DNA of 32,000 nucleotides from Mycobacterium tuberculosis H37Rv (GTDB lineage Bacteria; Actinomycetota; Actinomycetes; Mycobacteriales; Mycobacteriaceae): NCBI RefSeq assembly GCF_000195955.2, contig NC_000962.3, positions 1,920,001 to 1,952,000 of the forward strand, read 5' to 3'. Shown piece by piece: positions 1 to 12,693 of this stretch (position 1 is its first letter; each line of letters starts with the position of its first letter). The notes under the pieces were generated by a model. It saw only the letters and a program-made list of their open reading frames with translations, ran no database searches and was not told where the DNA came from. The position numbers and the translations under genes were made by a program.

Positions 1-1446
1 GATGGACCGTCGCGCGCCTACCTCGGCGGCCGCGGTGTACCCGCCAAATCGTTGAGCGGTTTCACGAACGAGCTGCTTACTCTGCACGGGCAGAACGACC
101 AGCTGCGGTTGATGCGCCCGGACGAACAACGTGGTGCACTGGACCGCTTTGCGGCCGCTGGCGAAGCCGTCCAGCGTTACCGCAAGCTGCGGGATGCCTG
201 GCTAACGGCCCGACGCGACCTCGTCGACCGTCGCAACCGGGCCCGGGAACTAGCGCAAGAGGCCGATCGGCTGAAATTCGCGCTCAACGAGATCGACACC
301 GTCGACCCGCAGCCGGGGGAGGACGTGGCGTTGGTCGCCGACATCGCCCGGCTTTCCGAACTGGACACCCTGCGGGAGGCCGCGACTACTGCACGCGCGA
401 CGTTGTGCGGGACACCAGACGCGGACGCATTCGACCGCGGCGCCGTCGACAGCCTCGGGCGGGCACGTGCGGCACTGCAATCGAGCGATGATGCCGCGTT
501 GCGGGGGTTGGCCGAACAGGTCGGTGAGGCGTTGACGGTGGTCGTCGATGCGGTCGCCGAGCTCGGCGCCTACCTGGACGAGCTGCCCGCCGACGCCAGC
601 GCGCTGGACGCCAAGCTGGCGCGCCAAGCCCAGCTGCGAACGTTAACCCGCAAGTACGCCGCCGACATCGATGGCGTGCTCCGGTGGGCGGATGAGGCGA
701 GGGCAAGGCTGGCTCAACTCGACGTCTCCGAAGAAGGGCTGGCAGCGCTGGAACGCCGTACCGGTGAGCTCGCCCACGAATTAGGCCAAGCCGCAGTTGA
801 TCTCAGCACGATCCGGCGGAAGGCGGCCAAGCGGCTGGCCAAGGAGGTCAGCGCGGAGCTGTCCGCCCTGGCGATGGCCGATGCCGAATTCACCATCGGT
901 GTGACCACAGAGCTGGCCGACCACGGCGATCCCGTCGCCTTGGCCCTGGCGTCGGGCGAATTGGCCCGGGCCGGTGCCGATGGCGTCGATGCGGTCGAGT
1001 TCGGTTTCGTCGCACACCGGGGGATGACAGTGCTGCCGCTGGCCAAGAGCGCATCCGGCGGCGAACTGTCCCGGGTGATGTTGTCCCTGGAGGTGGTGCT
1101 GGCTACTTCGCGAAAACAAGCGGCTGGCACCACGATGGTGTTCGACGAGATCGACGCCGGCGTCGGCGGCTGGGCTGCGGTACAGATCGGGCGGCGGCTG
1201 GCGCGGTTGGCTCGCACCCACCAGGTCATCGTGGTCACCCATCTGCCGCAGGTCGCCGCCTATGCCGATGTGCACTTGATGGTGCAGCGCACCGGGCGCG
1301 ACGGTGCCAGCGGTGTGCGGCGCCTGACCAGCGAGGATCGGGTGGCCGAGCTGGCACGGATGCTGGCCGGGCTTGGTGATTCCGACAGTGGTCGCGCGCA
1401 CGCGCGGGAGTTACTCGAGACCGCGCAGAACGACGAGCTCACCTAG
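1..1446 (+). CDS. recN: DNA repair protein RecN, C-terminal ~480 aa (5' end lies upstream of the window)
   Basis: Frame 1 is open from nt 1, with no stop before the TTG at 52 that the ORF track uses. A long Ala/Leu/Arg-rich coiled-coil region is followed by the SMC/ABC signature 'SGGELSRVMLSLE', Walker B 'MVFDEIDAGVGG' and 'VIVVTHLPQVAA'. Confidence 0.9.
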   Translation, partial: DGPSRAYLGGRGVPAKSLSGFTNELLTLHGQNDQLRLMRPDEQRGALDRFAAAGEAVQRYRKLRDAWLTARRDLVDRRNRARELAQEADRLKFALNEIDTVDPQPGEDVALVADIARLSELDTLREAATTARATLCGTPDADAFDRGAVDSLGRARAALQSSDDAALRGLAEQVGEALTVVVDAVAELGAYLDELPADASALDAKLARQAQLRTLTRKYAADIDGVLRWADEARARLAQLDVSEEGLAALERRTGELAHELGQAAVDLSTIRRKAAKRLAKEVSAELSALAMADAEFTIGVTTELADHGDPVALALASGELARAGADGVDAVEFGFVAHRGMTVLPLAKSASGGELSRVMLSLEVVLATSRKQAAGTTMVFDEIDAGVGGWAAVQIGRRLARLARTHQVIVVTHLPQVAAYADVHLMVQRTGRDGASGVRRLTSEDRVAELARMLAGLGDSDSGRAHARELLETAQNDELT

Positions 1447-1541
1447 CAAGGCTGTGACTGAAGTGATGTCATATAACTTGTGAGGCTAATGTTACGGCGC
1501 GCCTCCACGCACCTGCCCAGCTTCACCGCCAGAATCCCCCC

Positions 1542-2723
1542 ATGAGGATGTCAGCGCTTCTGTCCCGTAACACCTCCCGGCCGGGCCTGATCGGCATCGC
1601 CCGGGTCGACCGGAATATCGACCGATTGCTGCGTAGGGTCTGTCCCGGCGACATTGTGGTTCTCGACGTCCTGGATCTGGACCGCATCACCGCCGATGCA
1701 CTGGTGGAAGCGGAGATCGCCGCCGTGGTAAACGCATCGTCGTCTGTCTCGGGCCGCTATCCGAACCTCGGTCCAGAGGTGTTGGTCACCAACGGTGTCA
1801 CGCTGATCGACGAGACCGGACCGGAGATTTTCAAAAAGGTCAAAGACGGTGCCAAGGTTCGCTTGTATGAAGGCGGGGTGTACGCCGGCGACCGCCGGCT
1901 GATCCGCGGTACCGAGCGTACGGATCATGACATCGCCGACCTGATGCGGGAGGCCAAGAGCGGGTTGGTCGCCCACTTGGAGGCGTTCGCCGGCAACACA
2001 ATTGAGTTCATCCGCAGTGAAAGCCCGCTATTGATCGACGGCATCGGGATTCCCGATGTCGACGTCGATCTGCGGCGTCGGCACGTGGTGATCGTCGCCG
2101 ACGAACCCAGCGGACCCGATGACCTGAAGTCCCTCAAGCCGTTCATCAAGGAGTACCAACCGGTGCTGGTTGGTGTGGGCACCGGCGCGGACGTGTTGCG
2201 CAAGGCGGGGTATCGCCCGCAGCTCATCGTCGGCGACCCTGACCAAATCAGCACCGAGGTGCTCAAGTGCGGTGCCCAGGTGGTGTTGCCCGCCGACGCC
2301 GATGGACACGCGCCGGGCCTGGAGCGAATCCAGGATCTCGGTGTCGGCGCCATGACATTCCCGGCCGCGGGCTCGGCGACGGATCTGGCCTTGTTGCTGG
2401 CCGACCATCATGGCGCGGCGCTACTCGTCACCGCCGGCCACGCTGCCAACATCGAGACGTTCTTCGACCGCACGCGTGTGCAAAGCAACCCTTCGACCTT
2501 CCTCACCAGACTCCGGGTAGGGGAGAAGTTGGTGGACGCCAAGGCGGTGGCCACGCTCTACCGCAACCACATCTCGGGCGGCGCCATCGCATTGCTGGCA
2601 CTGACCATGCTGATCGCCATCATCGTGGCACTGTGGGTATCCCGCACCGACGGCGTGGTCCTGCATTGGATCATCGACTACTGGAACCGATTCTCACTTT
2701 GGGTGCAGCACTTGGTCTCCTAG
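1542..2723 (+). CDS. Conserved actinobacterial SteA-family protein (Rv1697-like; thiamine-pyrophosphokinase-like fold with a C-terminal membrane anchor)
   Basis: 393-aa ORF with an ATG start. It has a soluble N-terminal part and one C-terminal TM helix ('GGAIALLALTMLIAIIVALWV'). It sits between recN and the MctB/SteB-like gene, as in other Corynebacteriales. The family call is from memory of this neighbourhood, not from a search. Confidence 0.75.
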   Translation: MRMSALLSRNTSRPGLIGIARVDRNIDRLLRRVCPGDIVVLDVLDLDRITADALVEAEIAAVVNASSSVSGRYPNLGPEVLVTNGVTLIDETGPEIFKKVKDGAKVRLYEGGVYAGDRRLIRGTERTDHDIADLMREAKSGLVAHLEAFAGNTIEFIRSESPLLIDGIGIPDVDVDLRRRHVVIVADEPSGPDDLKSLKPFIKEYQPVLVGVGTGADVLRKAGYRPQLIVGDPDQISTEVLKCGAQVVLPADADGHAPGLERIQDLGVGAMTFPAAGSATDLALLLADHHGAALLVTAGHAANIETFFDRTRVQSNPSTFLTRLRVGEKLVDAKAVATLYRNHISGGAIALLALTMLIAIIVALWVSRTDGVVLHWIIDYWNRFSLWVQHLVS

Positions 2724-2744
2724 GTTTTCTTGGACGGTGGGTTC

Positions 2745-6201
<3,457 letters not shown>

Positions 6202-6205
<4 letters not shown>

Positions 6206-7137
6206 AGACGCTGGCACTGCAATTGCAGGGCTACCTCGACCATCTGACGATCGAACGAGGTGTCGCGGCAAACACATTGAGCTCCTACCGACGTGATCTG
6301 CGCCGCTACTCCAAGCACCTGGAAGAACGAGGGATTACCGATCTGGCCAAGGTCGGCGAGCACGACGTCAGCGAGTTCCTGGTGGCATTGCGGCGCGGGG
6401 ATCCTGATTCCGGCACGGCGGCGTTGTCCGCGGTGTCGGCGGCACGGGCGCTGATCGCGGTGCGCGGGCTGCATCGCTTCGCTGCCGCAGAAGGGCTGGC
6501 CGAACTGGACGTGGCGCGCGCCGTCCGGCCACCGACGCCGAGCCGGCGATTGCCTAAGAGCCTGACAATCGACGAGGTGCTATCGCTGCTCGAAGGTGCG
6601 GGCGGCGATAAACCGTCCGACGGCCCGCTGACGCTGCGAAACCGTGCGGTGCTGGAACTGCTGTACTCGACCGGGGCGCGGATCTCCGAGGCCGTCGGCC
6701 TTGACCTCGACGACATCGACACCCACGCCAGATCGGTGTTGTTGCGCGGCAAGGGTGGTAAGCAGCGGCTGGTTCCGGTGGGACGCCCGGCAGTGCACGC
6801 GCTGGACGCCTATCTGGTGCGGGGACGGCCCGACTTAGCGCGGCGGGGCCGCGGAACGGCGGCGATCTTTCTCAACGCGCGCGGCGGCCGGTTGTCACGG
6901 CAAAGCGCGTGGCAGGTTCTGCAGGACGCGGCCGAGCGTGCCGGCATCACCGCCGGTGTTTCGCCGCATATGTTGAGGCATTCGTTCGCCACGCATCTGC
7001 TGGAGGGTGGCGCCGATGTCCGGGTGGTGCAGGAATTGCTGGGGCACGCCTCGGTGACCACGACGCAGATCTATACCCTGGTCACCGTCCATGCACTGCG
7101 CGAGGTGTGGGCGGGAGCTCACCCGCGGGCACGCTAA
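6202..7137 (+). CDS. xerD: Tyrosine site-specific recombinase XerD
   Basis: ATG at 6202 overlaps the Nudix stop (ATGA) and gives 311 aa. N-terminal SAM-like core-binding domain ('[26 protein letters not shown]'). The C-terminal catalytic region carries 'ARISEA', '[34 protein letters not shown]' (R..HxxR..Y). Confidence 0.92.
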
Positions 7138-7210
7138 GCGATGACCGTCACTAGCGGTAGCGGTTGCTGGTCACTTGGCTCGCCCGCGACACAGAGGTTG
7201 CGCCTCTCGC

Positions 7211-8575
7211 TCATGGATCGTCTTCGTCGCTGTCGTGCAGGAGTTTTTCGGGGTGAAAGTAACTGTTGGTGCGGGGTTGTCCATGGTCGAGGTGGGCTGG
7301 GGGAAGCCATTCGGTGGTGCCGTCTTTGCGTTTGCGGGTGATCCAGCCCCCGGTGGTGGCCAGTTGGTGGTGGGGGCCGCAGCCCTGGGTGAGTTCGTTG
7401 ATGTCGGTTTCTTGGCATTGGGCGAAGTCCGTCACATGATGCACCTCGGTGAGATAGCCCGGTACGTCGCAGTTGGGGAACGAGCAGCCGCGGTCCTTGG
7501 CGTAGAGGACGATTCGCTGTCCGGGTGAGGCTAGCCGCTTGGTGTGATAGAGGGCCAGCTCGCGGCCGTGGTCGAAGATACGTAGGTAGTGGTTGGCGTG
7601 GCTGGCCAGCCGGATCACGTCGCTCATGGGCAGCAGGGTGCCGCCGCCGGTCAGCGCGTGGCCGGCGCGTGATTGCAGTTCGGTCAGGCTGGTGGACACG
7701 ATGATGGCCGCGGGTAGCCCGTTGTGTTGGCCCAGCTCCCCCGAGCACAGCAGGGCCCGCAGCGCGGCCAGCAGGCCGTCGTGGTGGCGTTGGCCGGCGC
7801 TGCGGGTGTCGGCCTCGATCGCGGCCTGTGACGGGGTGCCGGCCAGGCAGGGGGTGTCATCGGCGGGGTTGGCCATGCCGGGGGCGGCCAGCTTGGCCAA
7901 CACGGCGTCGACGGTGGCGCGGGCTTCGGGGGTCAGGTAGCCGCTGATCGCCGACATGCCGTCGGGGCCTTGGTTGCCCAGGATGATGCTGCGGCGGCGG
8001 GCGCGGTCGGTGTCGTTGTAGTTGCCGTCGGGGTTCAAACAGTCGGCGAGTTTGGTGGCTAGTTTGTGTAGTTGGTCGGGGCGAAACCGGCCGCCTAGGG
8101 TGGCCAGCTCGGCTTCGGCTTTCTCCCGGGTGGGTAGGTCCACATGGTGGGGTAGCTGGTGCAGGAAGCAGCGGATGACCTGCACGTGGGCGGGGCCGAG
8201 GTGGCCGGCGCGTTGGGCGGCGGCGGTGGCGGTCAGCAACGGGGGCAGGGGTTGGCCGGTTAGCGTGCGGCGTGGGCCCAGGTCGGCGGCTTCATGGATG
8301 CGTCGGGATGCTTCGCCGCGGCTGATGTGTAGCCGTTCGGCCAGGGCGAAGGGTAGTTTGCCGCCCAGTTCGGTTTGGTCGGTTTGGTCGGCGAGTTTGT
8401 TGATGAAGGGGTGTTCGGCGGCGGGTAGGCGCCGACGGATCTTTTCGCAGCGCTGCAGCATTGCCAGGCATTCCGGGATGGTCAGGTCGTCAGGGGAGAC
8501 CTTCAGGACCCGGTTAAGGGCGGTGTCGAGGTTGTCGAACGCGGCGACGGCCTCCTCCCGGCTACTCGAATACAT
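7211..8575 (-). CDS. DUF222 + HNH endonuclease-domain protein of the mycobacterial 13E12-repeat-like family (Rv1702c-like)
   Basis: 454-aa ORF. The C-terminal HNH/Cys-His cluster is '[42 protein letters not shown]'. The N-terminal two-thirds have the Ala/Leu-rich DUF222 character. The gene is convergent with xerD. Confidence 0.8.
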
Positions 8576-8836
8576 GTTCGAATACTATCACGGTTAGCCG
8601 GCCGATGCCATGCTGATTGTGGGTTAATCCAATGTGGTGCAGTTGAATTCAGGAGCATCGCCAGCCGCGAGGCCACGCCTATTCGGCGAGCATAATGGTC
8701 GGCTCGGAGACATCCAGCAACATGAGGCGATGAAGACATCACGTGCGATGGGTGGTCACGGTGGGCAGCTCTGACGCGCTGTTTCGCGTAGTCGACGGCG
8801 TGCAGGTAGCCCCGGCCTTGACACGTTCCGGCCCGC

Positions 8837-9007
8837 TCAAGCGAGTAGTCCGCGGATGTCGTCGACGGTGGGTACGGAGCCGAAGGCGTTGCCGTCGTCG
8901 ACGACGCTGGCGAATAGGTTTGAGGTCCAGCCCGAAGCCGCGGGCTTGAGGCTGATGAGGAAAACCGGCGCGTTGCGCTCGTTGAACTGCTGGATCACAT
9001 TGGGGCG
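8837..9007 (-). pseudogene. Possible decayed C-terminal fragment of an SNF2-family helicase
   Basis: The minus-strand frame reads 'RPNVIQQFNERNAPVFLISLKPAASGWTSNL...'. A neighbouring frame continues 'ARGFGLDLK'. Together these resemble SNF2 motif V ('vFLiSLKAGGvGLNLt') with a 1-nt frameshift. The fragment is bounded by stops and has no start. Confidence 0.3.
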
Positions 9008-9130
9008 TCATCGAGGTCGATCGACGGATACATCAGGGAATGCATGGCCGCACCGTATCGACTCGGTCTGACAGCCATCCGCAGCCACACCGCAACCGCA
9101 CGCGATGACCAATCGACGACTAACCGTCGA

Positions 9131-9880
9131 CTAACCCAGGTATTCGGACTCCAATACCAAGTCGGGCACCAGGGTCTGGTATTCGAGGTGCGTCTTGTGC
9201 TCAATGGTGTTCCATGACATGCCTTGTTGCCGGCGCATATATGCACGGTACTTCGGCGCGCCGGGCACCCTGACATTGTCGGCAACCACGATCGAGCCCG
9301 GGTGCAACCAGCCCCGGTCTAGGATGCTCTGCAGATCGGGCAGGTAAGCCTTCTTGTCATGGTCGAGGAACACAAAATCGAGTGTGCCAGTTGCGAATCC
9401 GTGCTCGGTTAGCGCGTCCAGGGTGCGCCCACCGTCGCCGATGGTGCCGACCACGCACACCACCCTGTCATCGACGCCGGCATGCGCCCATATTCGCCGG
9501 GCGTTGCTGGCGTTGGCTTCGGCGAGTTCGACGGAGTACACCCTGGCCTCCGGAGCGGCCCGGGCGATCCGCAGCGCGCCGTAGCCGAGGTAGGTGCCCA
9601 ACTCCAGCGCCAATGCCGGGTCGGCGCGCCGAACCGCCGCGTCGAGCAGCGTCCCTTTCTCGTCACCGACGTTGATGAGCATCGACTTCTCATAGGCGAA
9701 CTTGTCGATGGTGGCCAGCACGTCGTCGATGTTGCCGGCCCCGGCGTGGGCGAGGACATAGTCGACGGCCGCCGCTTCGCGTCCATCACCGATCTGGCCC
9801 GTCGTGGTGATATTGCGGATCCCGGCCGCCATCCGCCAGACCGACCACCGCAACGGGGCAATGCGCGCTTTGCGAATCAT
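9131..9880 (-). CDS. Catechol-O-methyltransferase-like SAM-dependent O-methyltransferase (Rv1703c-like); start uncertain
   Basis: COMT-type motifs: 'INVGDEKG', SAM-binding 'ALELGTYLGYGALRIA', metal-site-like 'DFVFLDHDK' and 'VVADNV'. Possible starts are ATG 9880 (249 aa), ATG 9832 (233 aa) and GTG 9721 (196 aa). Only the last avoids overlapping the cycA 3' end, but it removes residues that align to the N-terminal helices of COMT. Confidence 0.8.
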   Translation of the reverse strand: MIRKARIAPLRWSVWRMAAGIRNITTTGQIGDGREAAAVDYVLAHAGAGNIDDVLATIDKFAYEKSMLINVGDEKGTLLDAAVRRADPALALELGTYLGYGALRIARAAPEARVYSVELAEANASNARRIWAHAGVDDRVVCVVGTIGDGGRTLDALTEHGFATGTLDFVFLDHDKKAYLPDLQSILDRGWLHPGSIVVADNVRVPGAPKYRAYMRRQQGMSWNTIEHKTHLEYQTLVPDLVLESEYLG

Positions 9881-11456
9881 CGCTCGCTAGCTTACGCACA
9901 GATTTCGCGGACCTGCGGGCACCTGGTTCACCTGCTGACACTGGCTCGACGACGACCGCACTTCGGAGTTTGGGCCGCGCGTGGATTTTCATTGCAAGCC
10001 TGGCCATACCGCGGCCGAGCTGCTGACGAACCCCGACGACCTGGCAGTGAAAACCAAAGCTGCGGCGGCTCTGCCGGCGCTGGGTGACGAGCCAACCCAC
10101 GGCGAGCAGCACGAACCATAGCGGGAACCACGCCAACGCGGTTGCGGTTTCGGTTTCGGTGGTAAGTGTCCAGATCACGAACGCGAAAAACACCAGCACG
10201 GCCCAGCACATCACCACGCCACCGGGCATCTTGTACACCGAGTCGGTGTGACGCTGTGGGTGTCGGCGACGGTAGACGAGGTAGCTGATGATGATCATTG
10301 CCCACACAAACATGAACAGCAGGGATGAGACCGTCGTGACGAGTGTGAACGCCCCAATCACCGACCGACCGGCATAGAGCAGCGGGATGGAGGTCAGCAG
10401 TAGCGGAGCCGTCAGCAGCAGGGCGGGTGCGGGCACGCCGCCGCGATTGAGTTGGTGGAAAGCGGCCGGAGCGTGGCCTTCGTCGGCGAGGCCGAAAAGC
10501 ATTCGCCCGGTGGAGAAGAAGCCGGAGTTCGCTGACGAGGCCGCTGCGGTGACCACGACGAAGTTGACGACCGACGCCGCAGCGGCAAGTCCGGCTAGGG
10601 AGAACATCGTCACAAACGGGGACTCGCCACTGGCGAACTGCCGCCACGGCACGACGGCCAGGATCGCCAGCAGGGCACCGATGTAGAACACCGCGACCCG
10701 CAACGGCACGGCATTGATCGCGCGGGGAAGGGTGCGGCGCGGGTCCGCTGTCTCAGCCGCGGCGGTGCCAACGAGCTCCACACCGATGTATGCGAAAAAC
10801 GCGATCTGAAAGCCACTGACCACGCCCAGGAAACCCGTTGGGAAGAACCCGTTGTCGTTCCACAGGTTCTCGATGGTCGCGTGCACACCATGAGGGGAGA
10901 CGAAGTTGGTTGCCACCAGGATCGCGCCGACGGCGATGAGGCACACGATGGCAGCGACCTTGATCAATGCGAACCAAAACTCCAGCTCCCCGAAGTGGCG
11001 GACGCTGAACAAATTGACAGCGAGAATCAGGGCGACCGTGACCAGGGCCGGGACCCAGATTGGCAAGCCGGGCCACCAAAACCTGGCATAGCCGGTGATC
11101 GCGACGAGGTCTGCGATCCCGGTGACCACCCATGCGAACCAGTACGACCACCCCACGAAAAAGCCCGCCGCCGGGCCCCGGAGGTCGGCGGCGAAGTCAA
11201 CGAACGACTTGTAGTTCAGGTTCGACAGCAGCAGCTCGCCCATCGCGCGCAACACAAAAAACACAAAAAACCCAATGATCCCGTAGACCACCATGACCGC
11301 CGGACCGGCGAGCGAGATCGTTCGCCCAGATCCCATGAATAGGCCGGTGCCGATCGCGCCTCCAATCGCGATCAACTGAATATGGCGGTTGGCAAGGTCC
11401 CGACGCAGGTGCGGCTGGGTGTCTGTCGGGTCGGCAGCCGCGATATCGTCCGGCAT
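9786..11456 (-). CDS. cycA: D-serine/D-alanine/glycine transporter (APC-family amino-acid permease)
   Basis: ATG at 11456 (556 aa) is preceded by GAGGA about 9 nt upstream. APC signature 'IAIGGAIGTGLFMGSG' and about 12 hydrophobic segments. The last ~94 aa are Arg-rich and non-membrane. Residue 122 counted from this start is Gly. Confidence 0.9.
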   Translation of the reverse strand: MPDDIAAADPTDTQPHLRRDLANRHIQLIAIGGAIGTGLFMGSGRTISLAGPAVMVVYGIIGFFVFFVLRAMGELLLSNLNYKSFVDFAADLRGPAAGFFVGWSYWFAWVVTGIADLVAITGYARFWWPGLPIWVPALVTVALILAVNLFSVRHFGELEFWFALIKVAAIVCLIAVGAILVATNFVSPHGVHATIENLWNDNGFFPTGFLGVVSGFQIAFFAYIGVELVGTAAAETADPRRTLPRAINAVPLRVAVFYIGALLAILAVVPWRQFASGESPFVTMFSLAGLAAAASVVNFVVVTAAASSANSGFFSTGRMLFGLADEGHAPAAFHQLNRGGVPAPALLLTAPLLLTSIPLLYAGRSVIGAFTLVTTVSSLLFMFVWAMIIISYLVYRRRHPQRHTDSVYKMPGGVVMCWAVLVFFAFVIWTLTTETETATALAWFPLWFVLLAVGWLVTQRRQSRRSFGFHCQVVGVRQQLGRGMARLAMKIHARPKLRSAVVVEPVSAGEPGARRSAKSVRKLASDDSQSAHCPVAVVGLADGGRDPQYHHDGPDR

Positions 11457-11496
11457 ATATGGCGTCCTCGAGTTCTGGGGTAGGGAAGGCCTCGCG

Positions 11497-12654
11497 TTAT
11501 CCGGCAAACGGCGGCCGGGACATCACCGTAACCCGGAACCCGTAGCGGGGACCCGCACCCCCCGTACCGGTGCCCGAACCGGCTAGCGGCATGCCGCCCA
11601 ACAGGTTTCCCGCCGCACCGGCCTCCGGTTGCTCGACGATATCGCTGACCAGGGGTGCGGAGGCCGAACCCACGGTCGGGGCTAGGCTCGGACTGGCCCC
11701 TGCCCAGTTGGGCGGCAGCGATAACTTGCCGATGGTGGCCGCGTTGCCTAGACCCGCGGATACGGGTCCGGTACCGCCAACCGCGGCGCCGACGGCCGCC
11801 GGCGCCGCGGCGGCAGCTTCGGCGGCCTCGGGACCGATCCATCCCAGCGCCCGCCACGATGTAATAAGGCTGTTGCCAATACCAATGGCGAAATATGGCA
11901 AACCCACGGTGTTGTAAAACAGCTGTGATATCGGCAGATACCAGTTGATGAACCATTCCAGCCACCCCGGGGTCGCGGCGGCGGTCAACGCGGACGACAG
12001 GGGCGAGGTGAGGCCCAGCAGCGTGTTGGGCAAGTGGGCGATCAGCTCCGCTATTGCGCTCTGCGCCGCGCCGGCTGAGGTGCCGGCGGCTTTGGCGACT
12101 GCGGACAACTGCGTCGCCGCGGCGGATGGGCTGGTGGTGTTCGGCGGCGGGGCAAACGGCGTCACTTTGGTCGCGGTCGCCGAGGAGCCCGCGTAACCGT
12201 ACATGGCCATGGCGTCTTGGGCCCACATTTCAGCGTATTGAGCTTCGGTGGCCGCGATTGATGCGGTGTTTTGACCGAACACGTTATGCGTGACCAGCGA
12301 CGTGAGCCGCGCGCGATTGGCCGCGATCAGCGGCGGGGGCACAATGGCGGCAAACGCGGTTTCGTAAGCGGCCGCCGCCGCACGCGCCTGACTGGCTGCC
12401 TGCTCAGCTTGGATGGCGGTGGCTCGCATCCACGCCACATACGGGGCGACCGCTTCGACCATCAACGTCGACGCCGGACCCAGCCATTCTTCGGTTTGCA
12501 GCGTCGTGATCACCCGCTCGTAGCCGACGGCGGCCACACTGAGCTCGGCGGCCAGCCCGTTCCACGCGGACGCTGCGGCAACCATCGGTGCCGAGCCCGG
12601 GCCGCAATACATGCGCCCGGAGTTCACCTCCGGTGGCAACGCCCCAAAATCCAT
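11497..12654 (-). CDS. PPE22: PPE family protein (SVP subfamily)
   Basis: 385 aa. Canonical N-terminus '[16 protein letters not shown]', conserved '[18 protein letters not shown]', and C-terminal '[11 protein letters not shown]' (GxxSVPxxW-type motif). Confidence 0.92.
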
Positions 12655-12693
12655 CGCTATGAACTCCTTACCTCGTCACGGGTTTTCGGTGGG

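Noticed and set aside
7193-7207. AGAGG-TTGCG-CCTCT hairpin between convergent xerD and the HNH gene, considered as a bidirectional terminator
   Set aside because: It has only a 5-bp stem and no flanking T/A tracts, so it is too weak to annotate.
7211-9060. Idea that the HNH protein plus the SNF2-like sequence form a defence system
   Set aside because: The SNF2-like piece is at best a ~56-codon frameshifted relic. The HNH protein belongs to a multi-copy 13E12 repeat family. No methylase, ATPase or other partner is intact.
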